64,000 nucleotides of DNA from Felis catus (lineage: Eukaryota): the NCBI RefSeq assembly GCF_018350175.1, contig NC_058368.1:188296001-188360000 (forward strand), given 5' to 3'. The notes below the pieces were generated by a model that had not been told where the DNA came from, did not search any database, and worked only from the letters and a program-made list of their open reading frames with translations. Position 1 is the stretch's first letter. Every line of letters starts with the position of its first letter. Positions 50,639-64,000 of this stretch are shown one piece after another. The translations under genes and the position numbers were made by a program.

Positions 50639-51048
50639 CATCTTCTTTATCCATTCATCCATCGCTGGACATTTGGGCTCTTTCCATACTTTGGCTATTG
50701 TTGATAGTGCCGCTATAAACATGGGCGTGCATGTGTCCCTTCGAAACAATACACCTGTATCCCATGGATAAATGCCTAGTAGTGCAATTGCTGGGTCGTA
50801 GGGTAGTTCTGTTTTTAGTTTTTTGAGGAACCTCCATACTATTTTCCAGAGTGGCTGCACTAGCTTGCATTCCCACCAACAATGCAAAAGAGATCCTCTT
50901 TCTTCGCATACTCGCCAACATCTGTTGTTGCCTGAGTTGTTAATGTGAGCCATTATGATAGGTATGAGGTGGTATCTCATTGTGGTTTTGATTTGTATTT
51001 CCCTGATGATGAGTGATGTTGAGCACTTTTTCATGTGTCGGTTGGCCA
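50207..51048 (-). mobile_element. 5'-truncated carnivore/feline LINE-1 (ORF2 C-terminus, 3' UTR and A-tail)
   Basis: ORF 50585..51049 ([28 protein letters not shown]...[18 protein letters not shown]) carries the L1 ORF2 CCHC motif and continues in ORF 50451..50654 (EYYLAMKKNEILPFATPWMELEGIML). TSD acagatgattc lies at 50196-50206 and 51049-51059. Confidence 0.95.
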
Positions 51049-52390
51049 ACAGATGATTCTTTGAGCCTTCTTCAAAACATTTAAGGCCCTCCAGACTCTC
51101 CAGAAGGAAAACTGGGTGAATGGGGGATTCAAAAGGGGCTTTTAACTATTTATCCTATTATATAATATATATTACATATTATTATATATTAAATTTGGAA
51201 TTGTATTTGAATTATATATATCTTTGAAATTTGACCAATGTGAATGTGTTGGTTATGAAATTAATGAAAGTAGAAACAGATAACTAAGACAAAACATTTA
51301 AAAAGATCTTACAAGGATCTCAGTCTCATGATTGCACTTTGCTCTGGACACAGAAAAAAGATGAGGCAGACAGTCATGCTAGCCAACCTGTTCATCAACA
51401 CTTGGCACTCAGGGACTCTAGCTTCTTCCAAAATCAGAACCACTCTCAAAGAATGAGGATTTGCCACCAGTGAGGATGTTCAAAGAATTTGCTTTAGGCT
51501 CTGAAAACAATTCCAAGAGGAGTCTGAAAATCCTTTTGAGAAAAAGCAGTATCATTGAGGAGAGTATACATCTCCCCCAAGGTGAGACTTTGAAGGAGAA
51601 GAATTCACTGGACTATGTAAGTTCAAGGTCCATTTTTTTCCCCCTTCCCTTCCTTTCCTCTCCCCCCCCCCCCAATTTGTCACAGTACAGTCTTCAAGTA
51701 CCTAATCAACTATCACATGAAAAGATTAGACCAGACCAGGCATTACAAAATCAAAACGCTTCCCAGTGCAGGCAGGTAGCATAAACATAGGAAGCTCCCA
51801 GGAAATATAACGGGTGTTGTGGGGACCACAGGAAAAAGACTCTGCCTGATCACCTGAAGCACCCACACAACTTTATTCAAAACATCGTGTTGGGCAATGA
51901 TCTTGTCTCAGGTCAGATATGGCGATAGTCTACCATTTTGCCTCTGCTGAATTAAGCTTTCTCTTTATGGATAAAAGAGAACTGAAGCCAGCACAGAGTT
52001 AGAAGGAAGACTTCAGGTCACTGGAAAGACTGATAAGCTTAATAATGGAAGTCCATCAACAATGAAATGGTTAGTTACAGGAGGAATGAGTTTCCTGTTG
52101 CTGGAAGGTATTCAAGGACACTAGTTGATTTTATGCTGGCTAGGTGGTTGACAGAGTTTCAAGCATTCAGTGATCACTGTGGAATTGATGATCTGGAAAT
52201 TTCTTTCCTACCTAGAGATTTGATGGGTATGTGACTGATGAATGACAGATTCAGGGGAATATTCACATCTAACCAATGTTATGTTCACAGCCCTCTCTCT
52301 CTGCTCCCTACTTCCCCCTCTGTTTCCAACTACCAGAAGTGCTTCTTGACATAGATTTATTTTTTATATTTGTGAAAGGGAAACAAAAGA

Positions 52391-52458
52391 CCTTTCTTCT
52401 CTCTTTCTCTTGTCTTCCCTAATCTTCCCTTCCTTCCTCCCTTCCTTTCTCTCCCTTC

Positions 52459-52505
<47 letters not shown>

Positions 52506-52572
52506 TTTCTTTGTCCCTTCCTCCCTTCCTTATTCCCTCCCTCCCTTCTTTCTTTCTTTCTTTCTCTCTCTC
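52391..52572. repeat. Pyrimidine-rich (TTTC)n/(TTCC)n tract
   Basis: Read directly from the sequence. Confidence 0.9.
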
Positions 52573-52614
52573 AGTCCTCTTCTTCTGCTAATATCCCCCC
52601 AAATTTCTCTAGGA

Positions 52615-53040
52615 CACTATTCTGTCAGGTGGTTCTGATGAATCTCTACTTCCTACCCCAATATTGGACCATGTGACCCAGGCCTGTTCAATTGCTGGAA
52701 TTTTATCCCTAGGCTACAGTGATTGATTCAGGCATATGATGGCCCAATCAGAGTGAATACAGGGACATGTAGCTTCAGGAAGACAACCCCTTTTTCCACT
52801 AGACATCAACGTGGAGGACACAGAAATGGAGATGCTGCAGCCATCTTGCCACAATGTTTGGCCTGAGAATGAAGATTACCTGGAGGCCAGAGGAACTAAG
52901 AAATGGAGAGAGGCTGGGTCTGAAGCCTCTAGATCAACCTTTCTCTGGCTTTTTCTGTTATGTAAGATAATTCCTTATTTTGCTTAAGTCTTGAGTTGGG
53001 TTTTCTGTCATTTATCACCAAAATAGTTCTAATGAATACA
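52615..53040 (+). mobile_element. Old MaLR LTR (MLT1J/K-like)
   Basis: Motifs ccatgtgacccaggcctg; gctgcagccatcttgccac; gagttgggttttctgtcatttatcaccaaaatagttctaatgaataca. Confidence 0.6.
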
Positions 53041-56000
53041 TTTGCCAGTAACAATATGTTCCTTTGGGTTTGAGAATAGAGAGAATTCTCAATCTGCCAA
53101 AATTTCCCATGAAAATGCAAATATTTTTGGGAAAGAGACTGATATAATGGGCAGAATCTAGGCCTTATAAAGATGGCAGGAATCTCAGAAATCTCCTTTC
53201 AGAAGTCCCCAATGATTTTCAAGTTTTCTTTCAGCAACAGAACACTTTTCAAAGAAAATCATACACAGAATCCTAATATTATAAATATATCTTTTCTTGC
53301 CCATTCTACACTGGTTGTACAACATAGGTGCCACTAGGCCTTTGCACATGCTGTTTCCACTACCTAAAGCTGTTTCTACTGCCCATTTCTCCCTCCTCAC
53401 CCTCAGCCAGTTTACTAAACAAACTCAACTTCTGGATAATTCCCTTTAAATGGTACTTGCGTTGAGATGCCGTCTCTGAAGCTCGGGGTTTAGTGCCCTG
53501 CTAATATACTCCCACATGACACTATACTCCTCACCACAGCACCTATAACACACTGAGCTACAATCGCTCACATCTTTACCTACCTGCCCACCTGGAAGTT
53601 GGTTCTGAGGGTAGAGATCAGATCTTAAGCACTTCTCTATATAACGTATATCATGCACACAAGAATTTGTTGAATGAATGCGTGCATGGATGAATGGATG
53701 AATGAGATCTTGTGCCCCCACAGTTTAACCTCCATGCAGAGATTGGGTTATAGAAGACAGAATTAATAGCAGTCTTCCCTACTTGCCTACAAACTATTCT
53801 TCCCCACCAGGCTTTCTCTGTTTCTAACAATTCTACTTCAGCATTTTGTTTCTTTGTGTTAAAGGACATCAGTTGCTTCTCTGAGGGCAAGCATGACATC
53901 TTGGGTCATCTTTGGGTGCGTGGCATCAAATCCCACTGAGATGTAAGCCTCATGAAAGCAGGCCTTTGTTTCCTCTGTTTTGTATGGTGAACAGTGCCTG
54001 GTAGGTAACAGGGCTCCAGGAACATTCGTCAAATAAATAAATGGATCAGACGGCACTCCTGCTGCAACAGAATTTAGAAGGTAGACCATTCAGTGATTTC
54101 CAAAGGACTGTATTCTGAGGGACTAATATTTTGAGAAAAGAAGAGTCTGTGTCCAAATAAGTATGCGATCCTCTGTGTGCGATCTCCCAGTTTTAATGAC
54201 TCACAGTGCATGTTAAAGACTAAATAATCCCTGTGGTGAAGATGCCCATTTAAGTTTCTTCAACCCAGAGGTTTCTATATTTATTTGACCAGAACAATTG
54301 ATGTTTATTTTGATGTCTTTAGTGTAATGCCCCTTGACCTCCCGCAGAACTGGTGTTTTAAGGAGCGCACTTTGGGAAACGTTACCCTAGAACAATTTGC
54401 TAATTTTTCAGTGGAATTATAATGGTTTACATCTGTACAAAAGTTTTCTATTTCAAGTGCTGGCTTTGCTACTATCTCCTTTAAGCCTCCCCAAACGCCA
54501 AGAGATCAATAAGATAGTCTTCCTATTTTGGAGATAAGAAAATCGAGGTCCAGACGGGTTAAGGGATTTACTCAAGGCCACACAGCTAGTTAGTGACAGA
54601 GATGAGAAGCGAATCCAAGTCTCATATTTATCCAGTTATCATTAATTAACACCTTAGCAGGTGTCTGTCCAATCTTTTTCCATAACCAGGAAAGCAAGTT
54701 GAAAGCAGCATCTTTCTCAAAGAAACCTGAAATAGATCATTTTGGCTTGGGGGAGACAGAAATGTTGAAGATAAGAATTATTGCTAAGAATTTGGATGGA
54801 TCTTCCTCCTTGTTAAAAACTTCAAAAGATTAAGGGTGACCCCAGGTCTCCTGCTTGTCTTTACTGTCACATGCATTCTTCACGCCCAGAGGTGGCACAT
54901 TCATGGCACAATTGCCATCACGGCCCCTCCCTTGACCAAGACAGACATGGCTCAATCACTACCAACCACCGAGGCCCGGCATGGCCTGAGATTTCCTGAA
55001 TCAAGGACTTCAGGCAGCCACTATTGACAGAGCAGAGCCGGCCCAAAGTTGAAGTCTGTTTGAGGGTTTTGCTTCTTCCTTCTACATAGTTCCCTTGGGC
55101 TAATGGGGTTTATAAATGTACTCCTTAAGTGTCGACTAAGGTTTCCTTTTTACTTGCCTGGAGGAGACATCTTTCAGACTTCAAAGAATTGGTGCTTATT
55201 TTTATAAGAATTCAGTGATACATATATATAAGTGAAAGAGCTTTGGAAACAAAGAATTAGACTACTAAAAGCATTATTATTGTGATTATTGCTCCTTTTC
55301 ATCTGTCTAGACTAGAGACAGCATGCTTTATCTTCCTACTTTCTCTTTCTAATTTTGGCCCATTTGTTCTAACTATTGGTTGCTCCGTCCCAAATGACCT
55401 AAATAATTTTTTAAAAATCAACACTAAATTGAGCTTTACTTTAAATAGGCCATAGATACTCTAATAATTATAAACATTTTGTTTAGAGTAAAGGGTAACT
55501 TAAGACACAAGTTGAGAGCAAGCAGCACCCAGTTTAATTCCAACTATCATTGGATTTAGTACCTCCTTTAGACCCAGGCAAGAGGGCCCCTGCCCAGGTA
55601 CCCACACTTTAGAGAGACCCGTCTGGTCTCTCCTCCGACTACACCTCTCTCCGTGGAGTGAGGGCTCCTGGGGGCCAAGGACTCCTATCCAGCACCTGCA
55701 CTCACCTCTTTCACACTAACTACCAAGCAGCCCAGGATTTCCTTTCTACGTGACCCTGAGCTCACTTCTGGGACCATGCAGCTCTCTTCCCTAGAGCCTA
55801 CTCTTCTGAGAGGGTAGAAATAGAGCTTGGGGGTGGTGCTGGGTGTGCCCCCACCTGCACTCACGGCCTCTCGTTGTGTGAGACGGAGCTGAGACAGGAA
55901 GACAAGGAGGGGTGGCCAGGTCAGACTCTCCCCGCCCTGCAGTGGTCTATGGGAGACTCTAAACCTGGTCCCAGAACATCATAAAGATCTATTTATTAAA

Positions 56001-58108
56001 GCAGGGGGACAGAATATATTTTATTTCATAGTTTTCTGGCTTGGTTTATATATTTTCAATATTCAAACATATGTGAGTGGGCCTCCATTTGTAACTACTC
56101 TTACTTTGAGCCCCGCAGATCTTAGATGTGGACCTGACTGGATCCTGTTGGCTCTTTTAGTTCTCAAAACAGCCTTACCTGATGTTTTTGTATGTGGTCT
56201 GTCATTCAAGGTCAATCTGACATATAATCCTAACTCTGGAGGAAACATGCAGCGATGGCTCTGTCTCTACATTGCATTTAAAAAGGCATTCATTTATTTA
56301 CTGAACACCCAGAAGGTTCTTCAGCTTTATGAGGGAGTTAAAATCTACCAGATGGTTTATCTTCTTTTCAATCAGATTATATAACATAGGTAGCAATGCT
56401 TGTAAACTGTAAAGTGTTATTCAAATATAAGGCATTTTTATCTCTGTTTTTCGGGGGGGGGGAAGCATCTTACAGAGAGGATGGGCTGTGATTTCCTTCA
56501 TCACGGTATGACTGAGGTTGTCAGAGATCTCATTTGTGATTCTAATGAGAAGCAGGGAAATGAATGACTTTTAAAATGCCCAGTTTTCCCATGGCCTTTT
56601 CATAAATGTGTATTTGGGGTCCCTATCACTGAAAATACATACCTGCATAAGGTAAATTATTTTCATTTCACATCCCTCAGGAGGACGTGTAGAAAGCCAT
56701 AAGCAATACCAGCAAATGCATGGCCTTTGTATATTTCCACCTTTCCAGATTGTCTCCAAACATCTGAGCAGGTGCTCAATTTTCCCTGAAGCCTGGAAGC
56801 ATATCAAGGCTGAGGAGCCCTCATCACGGCCAAGCAAATCAATCAAAACTGACTGAGAGCCCACATGACTGTCCAGGAGGCAGCAGACATAGTGGCTTAG
56901 GAGAGCCCAGGGTGAAAGGAGAGAACTTCACTCAAGAGCTGTTTCCCAGTTATCCAGGCAGGGAGGCATAGGAATAATAGAAACCCAGAGAGCTCCCAAA
57001 GTTTATTCCAGTCTACAGCTCCTGCCCCTTTCTTCCTCTATACCCTTTTAACTCAGGCATTGACAAGTAGGCCATGGACTTGAGAAATTGCGATTCTCAG
57101 AACCAATTGATGTCTATTTATCTCTTAGGGCTCTTGGTTGGCAGAGATTTACTGTTCTGTATATTTTGGCTTAGCAGCTACTATGTGCCAGGTTCTGTCC
57201 TGAGCCCTGAGAATAGTGATGAGTAAGATGAATATGGTCCCTGCTTTCCTGGAATATATTTAATAAGTTTTTTACTCCTTAAAGTGTGGCCTTTTTGAGA
57301 TGTCTTTCCTAAACCTTCACTTCACTCCTAACTTACCCGCCACCACCAAAAAAATTTTTTGACATGTACCAGGCAATAAAGTAAAAATGAAAACAAAATA
57401 AGTCACGTTATAAGTACTACCAAAGAATTAGACCAGGTGGTATAATAAGACTGGAGGGGGCACATGATTAGCCTAGCTGGCCAGAGAAGGCTTACCTGTT
57501 ACACTGAGTTCAATGTAACATTGAGCTGACACCCTCCGGGTGGGGGCCCTTGCAGAGTGGCCGAGTCCTGGCTACCCTCCACTGTGACTACTCAGCTTAT
57601 GGGAAACACTTTTCTCCTGTCCCACAAATGACACAAGGATCATTGCTCGCACTGCTACCGTGTCTCCTGGCACCACTGTGACGAACAGTTCCAGCCAGCC
57701 CTTGGCCTTCAGAGTCTTCTGGGCAGGGATATGCACCCCCAATACTGCCACATATTCATTCTTGGGGTTCTCCTGTATGCTTGGAAGTAGTAGAGGCTGT
57801 TGGGGGGAGTTTTTAGTACTTTCTACTCCTAAGACATCCCTTCATTAAATCCCACGTTCTCAAATTGCTGATCTTCCTCCTACAGACACTAGGGTAAATG
57901 GCAGGCAGGAGGGAACCATTTTGCTGACTCTCAGTAGCTCTCCATGAATGGGTCTGGTGTCTAGCACCTTTTTCTCCCCCAGAAGCCATGGGTACTTATC
58001 ACTCATTGCCCTCAACTCTGGGGACTCAGTTAAGCCTCTGAGAATACAATGAAAGTCAATATAACCTCCTGGTACATTAGTTTATAAGCTTAAAAGCACT
58101 CAACTTTA

Positions 58109-58231
58109 GGGGCACCTGTGTGGCTAAAGTTGGTTGAGCACCCTACCCTTGAATTTGGCTCAGGTCATAAACCCAGCATCATGGGATCAAACCCCACGTT
58201 GGGCTCCGCTCAGAGTGAACCTGCTTGAGAT

Positions 58232-58263
<32 letters not shown>

Positions 58264-58338
58264 TCCCTCTGCCCCCTCCCCTACTTGTGCACTCTCTCTC
58301 TTTCTCAAATAAATAAACTTAAAAAAATAAAAAATAAA
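58109..58338 (+). mobile_element. CAN-SINE
   Basis: Head ggggcacctgtgtggctaaagttggttgag, CT tract and A-tail. An 18-bp TSD with 2 mismatches lies at 58091-58108 and 58339-58356. Confidence 0.92.
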
Positions 58339-61085
58339 TAAAAGCATTCAATTTTATTCCATCAATTGTATTTAAGAAGTAATAGGATCTCTTATCTTTT
58401 GTGGGAGAAGTGACTTCTCATAAAGACAAGCTGGTAGACACCTTTCAGCAGGAAGTGATTCAGTCCTTCCTCGAGTCTCTGACTGGCCATCTCAGCAGGA
58501 AAGAAAGCCATCTTCCATTAGTGCTGTCTGTTCCGGGCTTGGGAGGGGGAGTTGAGGCAAAAGTACCATGTATTTGCAATCCCTGGACTAAGGTCTTATA
58601 TTTGTAAAGGTCTTATATAGAAAGAGCCTCAGTAAATGCTAACCTCCTGTGGACTATAATGAACTCCCTTCCAGACTAGCGTGAGAACATGAACCACTCC
58701 ATCACTGTATATTTTTCTGCATCATTCACATTAATGAGATTTGCTTAAATTAGACGAATATAAATGTGCATATATTTTCAGCCTTTCTCCAGAGGAAATG
58801 TGTTTGGGGGCACTTTATCTGCAGAATTGGATATAATCCAATTGGATTATATCCAATTCTGGGCCTTGCCAGATATTTACTTACGGAAAATTGAAAACGA
58901 TTCTGTGTTATATAAACTTTTCAATGAGCTTGACATTCCTTTACAACTAGGAAGGTTACCACTGCCTACTGTCCCGTGAATATGCACCATAGCCTGGACC
59001 TGGGGCCACATGGCCATGAGAGCATCCAACCAATCCGAGTTTGGCACCAACCTGGCTACCTGCCAAGCACAGACACCTAGTGATGGTTATTCACACCAGC
59101 GCTCCAAAATGAGGACTTATCTCTGGTCCTTGTGAGTGGAATACTTAATAAGGCACATAAACTCATTTAAAAAGGTGACTCACCCTGGTTAATGACCAAC
59201 AATAAAATAATACAGTTATAACCCATTGTGTAAATGTCTACAAGAGGAAAGAACTTGACAAGAGCAGAATGTTATAATCATATTATGCAAATAGAAAAAA
59301 AAAGTGGCTTTCTTTGACAGAATTAAGCTTGTCTTATGCTTGTCTTTTGTCTAGGTCTAGCTAGCCCCAGAGAGATCTGTGAGCCCTAGGGTGAGGGGAA
59401 AGATGTGTGTATTCATTCAGTTATTTCCTACCTGGCAACAAAGTGAAAGTGTCATTTGAAGTTGAGACAATGTTGAAAAATCCTAAGTAATGGTAGGATC
59501 TCCTGCTCACTGTCAGAAGGGGAAGTCCCCTTAACATCCTGTGGGCTATCCCCCACACACATTGAAATCCAAAAAGGTGAAGTGACTTCTTCAAGGCCAC
59601 ATGGCTAGTTGATGACAAAGTAGGACCAGCATTCTGGATCCCAGACTCCTCGTCAAGTGCTCCTTCCCAGACCCCAGTCAACACTCTTTTGATGGACGCC
59701 CAGGTCCTAACATTTTCCACGTCTTTCAATTTCTTGCTAAAAAAAAGATGTTCTTCTAAGTTAATACAAGAGTCCTGAAATATGTCATCACCTCTCTGGT
59801 GATAGGTTACTGGATTTGTACCACGGCTACGGCTTTCCAAAAGGATCTACTTCTGGACATGTGCTTTGCCGCTGCTTCTGGGAGGTCTGGGAGAGAGACG
59901 CTCAAGACAGCATCAGCAAGAGCCATATGCTGAAGGAGGGTGAGGCCTCCTCTCAGGACTTCACTCCCAGAATTCCAGCCTCTGTTATTTCAGACCCACT
60001 TACTGCTTTGTAAATACTGCTTTTCCAGAATGGAAAAAGAAACAGCTTCTCTACAGCATAATAAAAGAAGCAGCCCCCGAATTAATCAAATTAATGGGGA
60101 AGAAAATCAATAAAGGTAATTATCACAAATAAACTCAAGGAAATAAACAACTTATTTACTGAATTATTCACTTTGCCACTAGGTGTTTTGACTTCAAAGA
60201 AGTGTAATTTAAAGGAGGTACGGGCTGTTCAAATGAGACCAGACTAGACAGGAATGGACATAAAGATGTATAAAAACAAAAAAGCCCAATGTGGGGCATT
60301 GAAAACAGGCACACTCATACATACTGCAAGAGTAGTCTTAAACTAACCCAACTTTTCAAGAAAGTAATTCGGCAATATGTATCAAGAGACTTAAAAATGT
60401 TCACGGTCTTTCAAGTGGAAATTCCATGTCTAGGGAATTTCTTTTATGAAGATAATCAGAGAGAAGCTCAGAGATTTTGTAGAATAAAGTTCAATAGTTT
60501 TATATCACAAAGAAAAAAGGTGGGGGGAAAGGAAAGAACATACATATCTAATAATAGGAGGGTAGTGGATATTGCTGGGGCTTTTCTACCAGCCAAATCC
60601 TAGTGGCCTTCCTGTTTGGGGGAAGGCCCCTACAGGTAAGTCTTGATGGAGTCAGGGCTCCACTTCTCACTACAAAATGTGTCTCCTTGTAGGCAGGGTG
60701 GGACACATTTCCTGGCCTTGGCCAACAAGAGGCTTCTTCTCAGAACCCTGAAATGTAAGTACAAAAATCTAAGAACAGATTGTTTCTGTGGTCAATCCTA
60801 TATAGAGTGCACACTGCTGAGTCTATCTTGACTTCTGCCCTTTTTCTTAGCCTATTTTTCTAGCCCTTCCATAGATTCTATGGCTACCAAGTATTGTTCC
60901 AGTAAATTCTTCTTCCATTCAATTTAGCCAGGGTTGGTTTTGTGGCTTGGAAACAAAAACTGTGCCAGACACAAGGAGAGTCATCAAATACATTATGAAA
61001 CATCTTTTCAATATATTACTATGCATCTATCAAAATCCATGTTTTCAACACATAATTAAAAGCATGGAAAAGCCAACATTGAATG

Positions 61086-61224
61086 ATACATAGATATTAT
61101 GATCACAGTTCCATAAACGTACAGACATCTATATAATCATTATTATGATATTTATACATAGATATTATGATCACAGTTCCATAAACGTACAGACATCTAT
61201 ATAATCATTATTATGATATTTATA
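61086..61224. repeat. Perfect 68-bp tandem duplication
   Basis: The unit atacatagatattatgatcacagttccataaacgtacagacatctatataatcattattatgatattt occurs at 61086-61153 and 61154-61221 with no mismatch. Confidence 0.95.
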
Positions 61225-62998
61225 TATCTACCTCTCTGTGTATGGGAAAAAATCCTGGAAGAAAATACACATAAATGCTAACAGTTCTTTTATCTGAGAA
61301 GAAAAATTACAGGTGATATAGGATGCTTCCTCAACCACCCAAGCTATTTTATCTTCAGAACTGGCTTATTTGTCACCTCCTCCAGAAAGACTTCACCAGT
61401 GTGCTTTAGGCCCCCTCCTTTGAGCTTTGAGAGTGCGTAATACATCCTTGTATCATAACACCGAATTGTAATTGCCTCTTTAATCTACCTGTCTTCCTGA
61501 CCATTTTTTATTGCCTACTCTCTATCCCTTATGCTCACATGGTGCCTGATCGTGGTAAAAATTCAATAAAATTCGCAAGTAGATGCATGCAAGAATTATT
61601 GTTATAAGGAAAAATGATGTGTTTTTTTTAAAGGCTAGAAACAGAAGATATTTGGGTGAGAAGTAAAGAGAGACAGAAAACTATTACTTTCTAATGAGTA
61701 AATTACACGTGACAGTGAATTGACTATTTTGGACCCAGTGAAACAGACAGATGTTGTGTTGTCTAGTGTATTAGATTGGTGTAGACAGATAAACCATGGC
61801 TTTTTCTTGGTCTAAATCACTGTGATAACTGCCTCCCCTCTCCATTGTCACTTTGCTCCCAGAGATATTGCCTGTTTACCTAGCGGCTTCTGTCCTCTGA
61901 GTGTATCTTCTGAGATTACCATCAGCTAAATATTGCATTGTCTTTGGCCGATTTTCCTACATTGTAACTCCCCACCGCATTTTCACTGCTTTTCTAGTTC
62001 CAGACAAGCTACAGACTGTTAATTTACCCTTGCCTCTGCCTTGCCCAAGGAAATTGAAAATAACTTTAATTTCCTAGTTGAGGGTTATGATGCTTTGTGT
62101 GGTTCAGAGAAAAAGAATAATTATTGTTTGATGGAATTAGGGAATATGAGGAGGGTTTCTGAAGTTAGTGAAGTTACACAGTAATTGGTCACTTGTCCAC
62201 ATATTTAGAAGTTGCTCCAGAAAACAGAGGTTTTGTCAACATCTGAGGTCTGTTTGAGACCTGGCCTCAATCTGTCAATTACTCCAGTAACCATATGCAT
62301 AGACGTCAGCTCTGAATTTTGAATTCCATCAAAAGCTTTCAGCTGGCCTTGGAGACGCTATTGAGACCATTCTTGTAGTTACCTGTCTGACCACACAAAA
62401 TGAAAGAAAAACTTCCTTTGGGGCCAATCAACCGTCTCTGGAAGGACAATAAACAAGGCTACTGTCAGAATTTCAGAGGCCTGAGCCTGAGAATCCAGAA
62501 GAAAAGGAGGAGTAGAGAAGTCTTTGTTGGTAGCTGAGACCACCTGTAGGAATTTAATGGAAGTTTGGGCATTTGGACTTGCTCAGTGCAGTCCTAGGAT
62601 GAGCCTGTGTGATGGGACTGGAGGAGGCAGAACAAATTGTTATTTCTCAGGGAGGAAAAAACAAACAGTAATTTTTGGCAGCTTGGATTTTTTGTTGTTG
62701 TTGTTGCTGTTCTGTCTTTGAAAGTTGTTTTTATTGTAAACATACATAAAGCTAGCAATAGAATAGTCAACAAGAATTTATTGTATACCTACTGTGTGAT
62801 ACAAACTGGGTTCCACATGTCAGTGAACATAAAAGAAATAGCCTACATGCACACAAATGTCTGTGTATCTTGTCTTTTATTTTTACCTCGTTGTAATCAT
62901 TACACGTATAAAAATGTTTTATTTTGACTCCACATTATTATGTCTCACACTTTCCCACGTTTCTGCATGGTCTTCTTGGTAAAAAGTTAATTCTGACA

Positions 62999-63213
62999 GA
63001 GGCGCCTGGGTGGCTCAGTCGGTAAGCATCCGACTTCGGCTCAGGCCATGATCTCATGGTTTGTGAGTTCAAGCCCCACATCGGGCTCTGTGTGGACAGC
63101 TCAGAGCCTGAAGCCTGTTTCTGATTCTGTGTCTCTCTCTCTCTCTCTGTTCCTCCCCCACTCACACTCTGTCTCTCTCTCAAAAATAAACATTAAAAAA
63201 AATTTTTTTTAAT
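62999..63213 (+). mobile_element. CAN-SINE (SINEC_Fc-like)
   Basis: Head ggcgcctgggtggctcagtcggtaagcatccgacttcggctcagg. TSD ttaattctgaca lies at 62987-62998 and 63214-63225. Confidence 0.94.
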
Positions 63214-64000
63214 TTAATTCTGACAAGTGACCATTCCCCTTCTGTAGGATAAATTGCTGAGCTAGCAAACAGGATCAAGGAAAACATTTGTGTGGCATGT
63301 CACTTTTTTTCCTCCCATTGTAATTGTTTCCTGGGATAAATCCTCAGTGTGAGATTCTTCAGTCCCTGGAGAAGGCAAATGCAGTGGGTGTATACATACA
63401 CCATGCTTCATTTCTAGGACACTGGAATGCTTCACTGTATCAGATGTACCACTGTTTCTGGGTGCCATCACTGCCTCAGAATCCTTCTTAACACAATACT
63501 CCAAGCAGCCTCTACCATTCAGCCTTGGAGATACAACGGGGGGGGGTGGGGGGGGGTGGGGGGTGGGGCGTTGCCACTTTCATTAGCTTCCCCTTCCTAA
63601 GAAATTAGCAGATTTTCCTTTTAGCTGACCCAATCTTCCCTGTGGTTTCTCACTCACTTTGTGTTTCTAAATATTCAATCCTCCCCCTTCCTATCCATGG
63701 TGTTCCATCAGAGCTCACTGTACCATGATGCAACCTGCCTGGATGCAATGAATTTCACCAGAGCTTAAACAAAAGCACTAAATTTCCTTTAGCTAAAGTG
63801 TCGGCCTTCCTGACAGTTCAATGACCACCAACAAGGGAAAAGAAACTTCCCAAAGCAATGAGGAAGAGGTCCTGATATCTTTGTTATTTTAGTTAGAGAA
63901 AATAAGTTTAAAGCAAGAGGCCACCAAGGGTCAGTATCCTGGCCCCGCCCCAACCAGGCACCATCTGCTGACCTCCACAAAGGAAAAGATGTGACTGGCC

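Noticed and set aside
61086..61224. Direct repeats considered as a CRISPR-like array
   Set aside because: There are only two adjacent copies with no spacers, the context is eukaryotic, and no cas genes are present.

Overview
This is mammalian nuclear DNA, almost certainly from a cat-family carnivore and probably Felis. The evidence is 13 tRNA-derived CAN-SINEs (several matching the feline SINEC_Fc type), carnivore L1 3' ends, and a young solo LTR resembling the RD-114/ERV-DC family. I found no convincing protein-coding exon, so the window reads as intergenic or deep intronic. It is dense in MIR, L2, MaLR (MLT1), MLT2, hAT/Tc2 MER elements, old L1M fragments and microsatellites. Only two ORFs have recognisable protein homology: a full-length processed RPS27 retrocopy (3730..3984, -) and the C-terminal end of a 5'-truncated L1 ORF2 (about 50451..51049, -). 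The most notable items are the 551-bp CpG-rich gammaretroviral solo LTR with a perfect 4-bp TSD (18608..19158), the RPS27 retrocopy with an open frame but a lost zinc ligand, a motif-dense CpG-enriched candidate enhancer near 44.0-44.55 kb, and a perfect 68-bp tandem duplication. I found no support for a previously undescribed biological system. Repeat subfamily names come from recalled consensus sequences, not a database search, and boundaries of old repeats are approximate.
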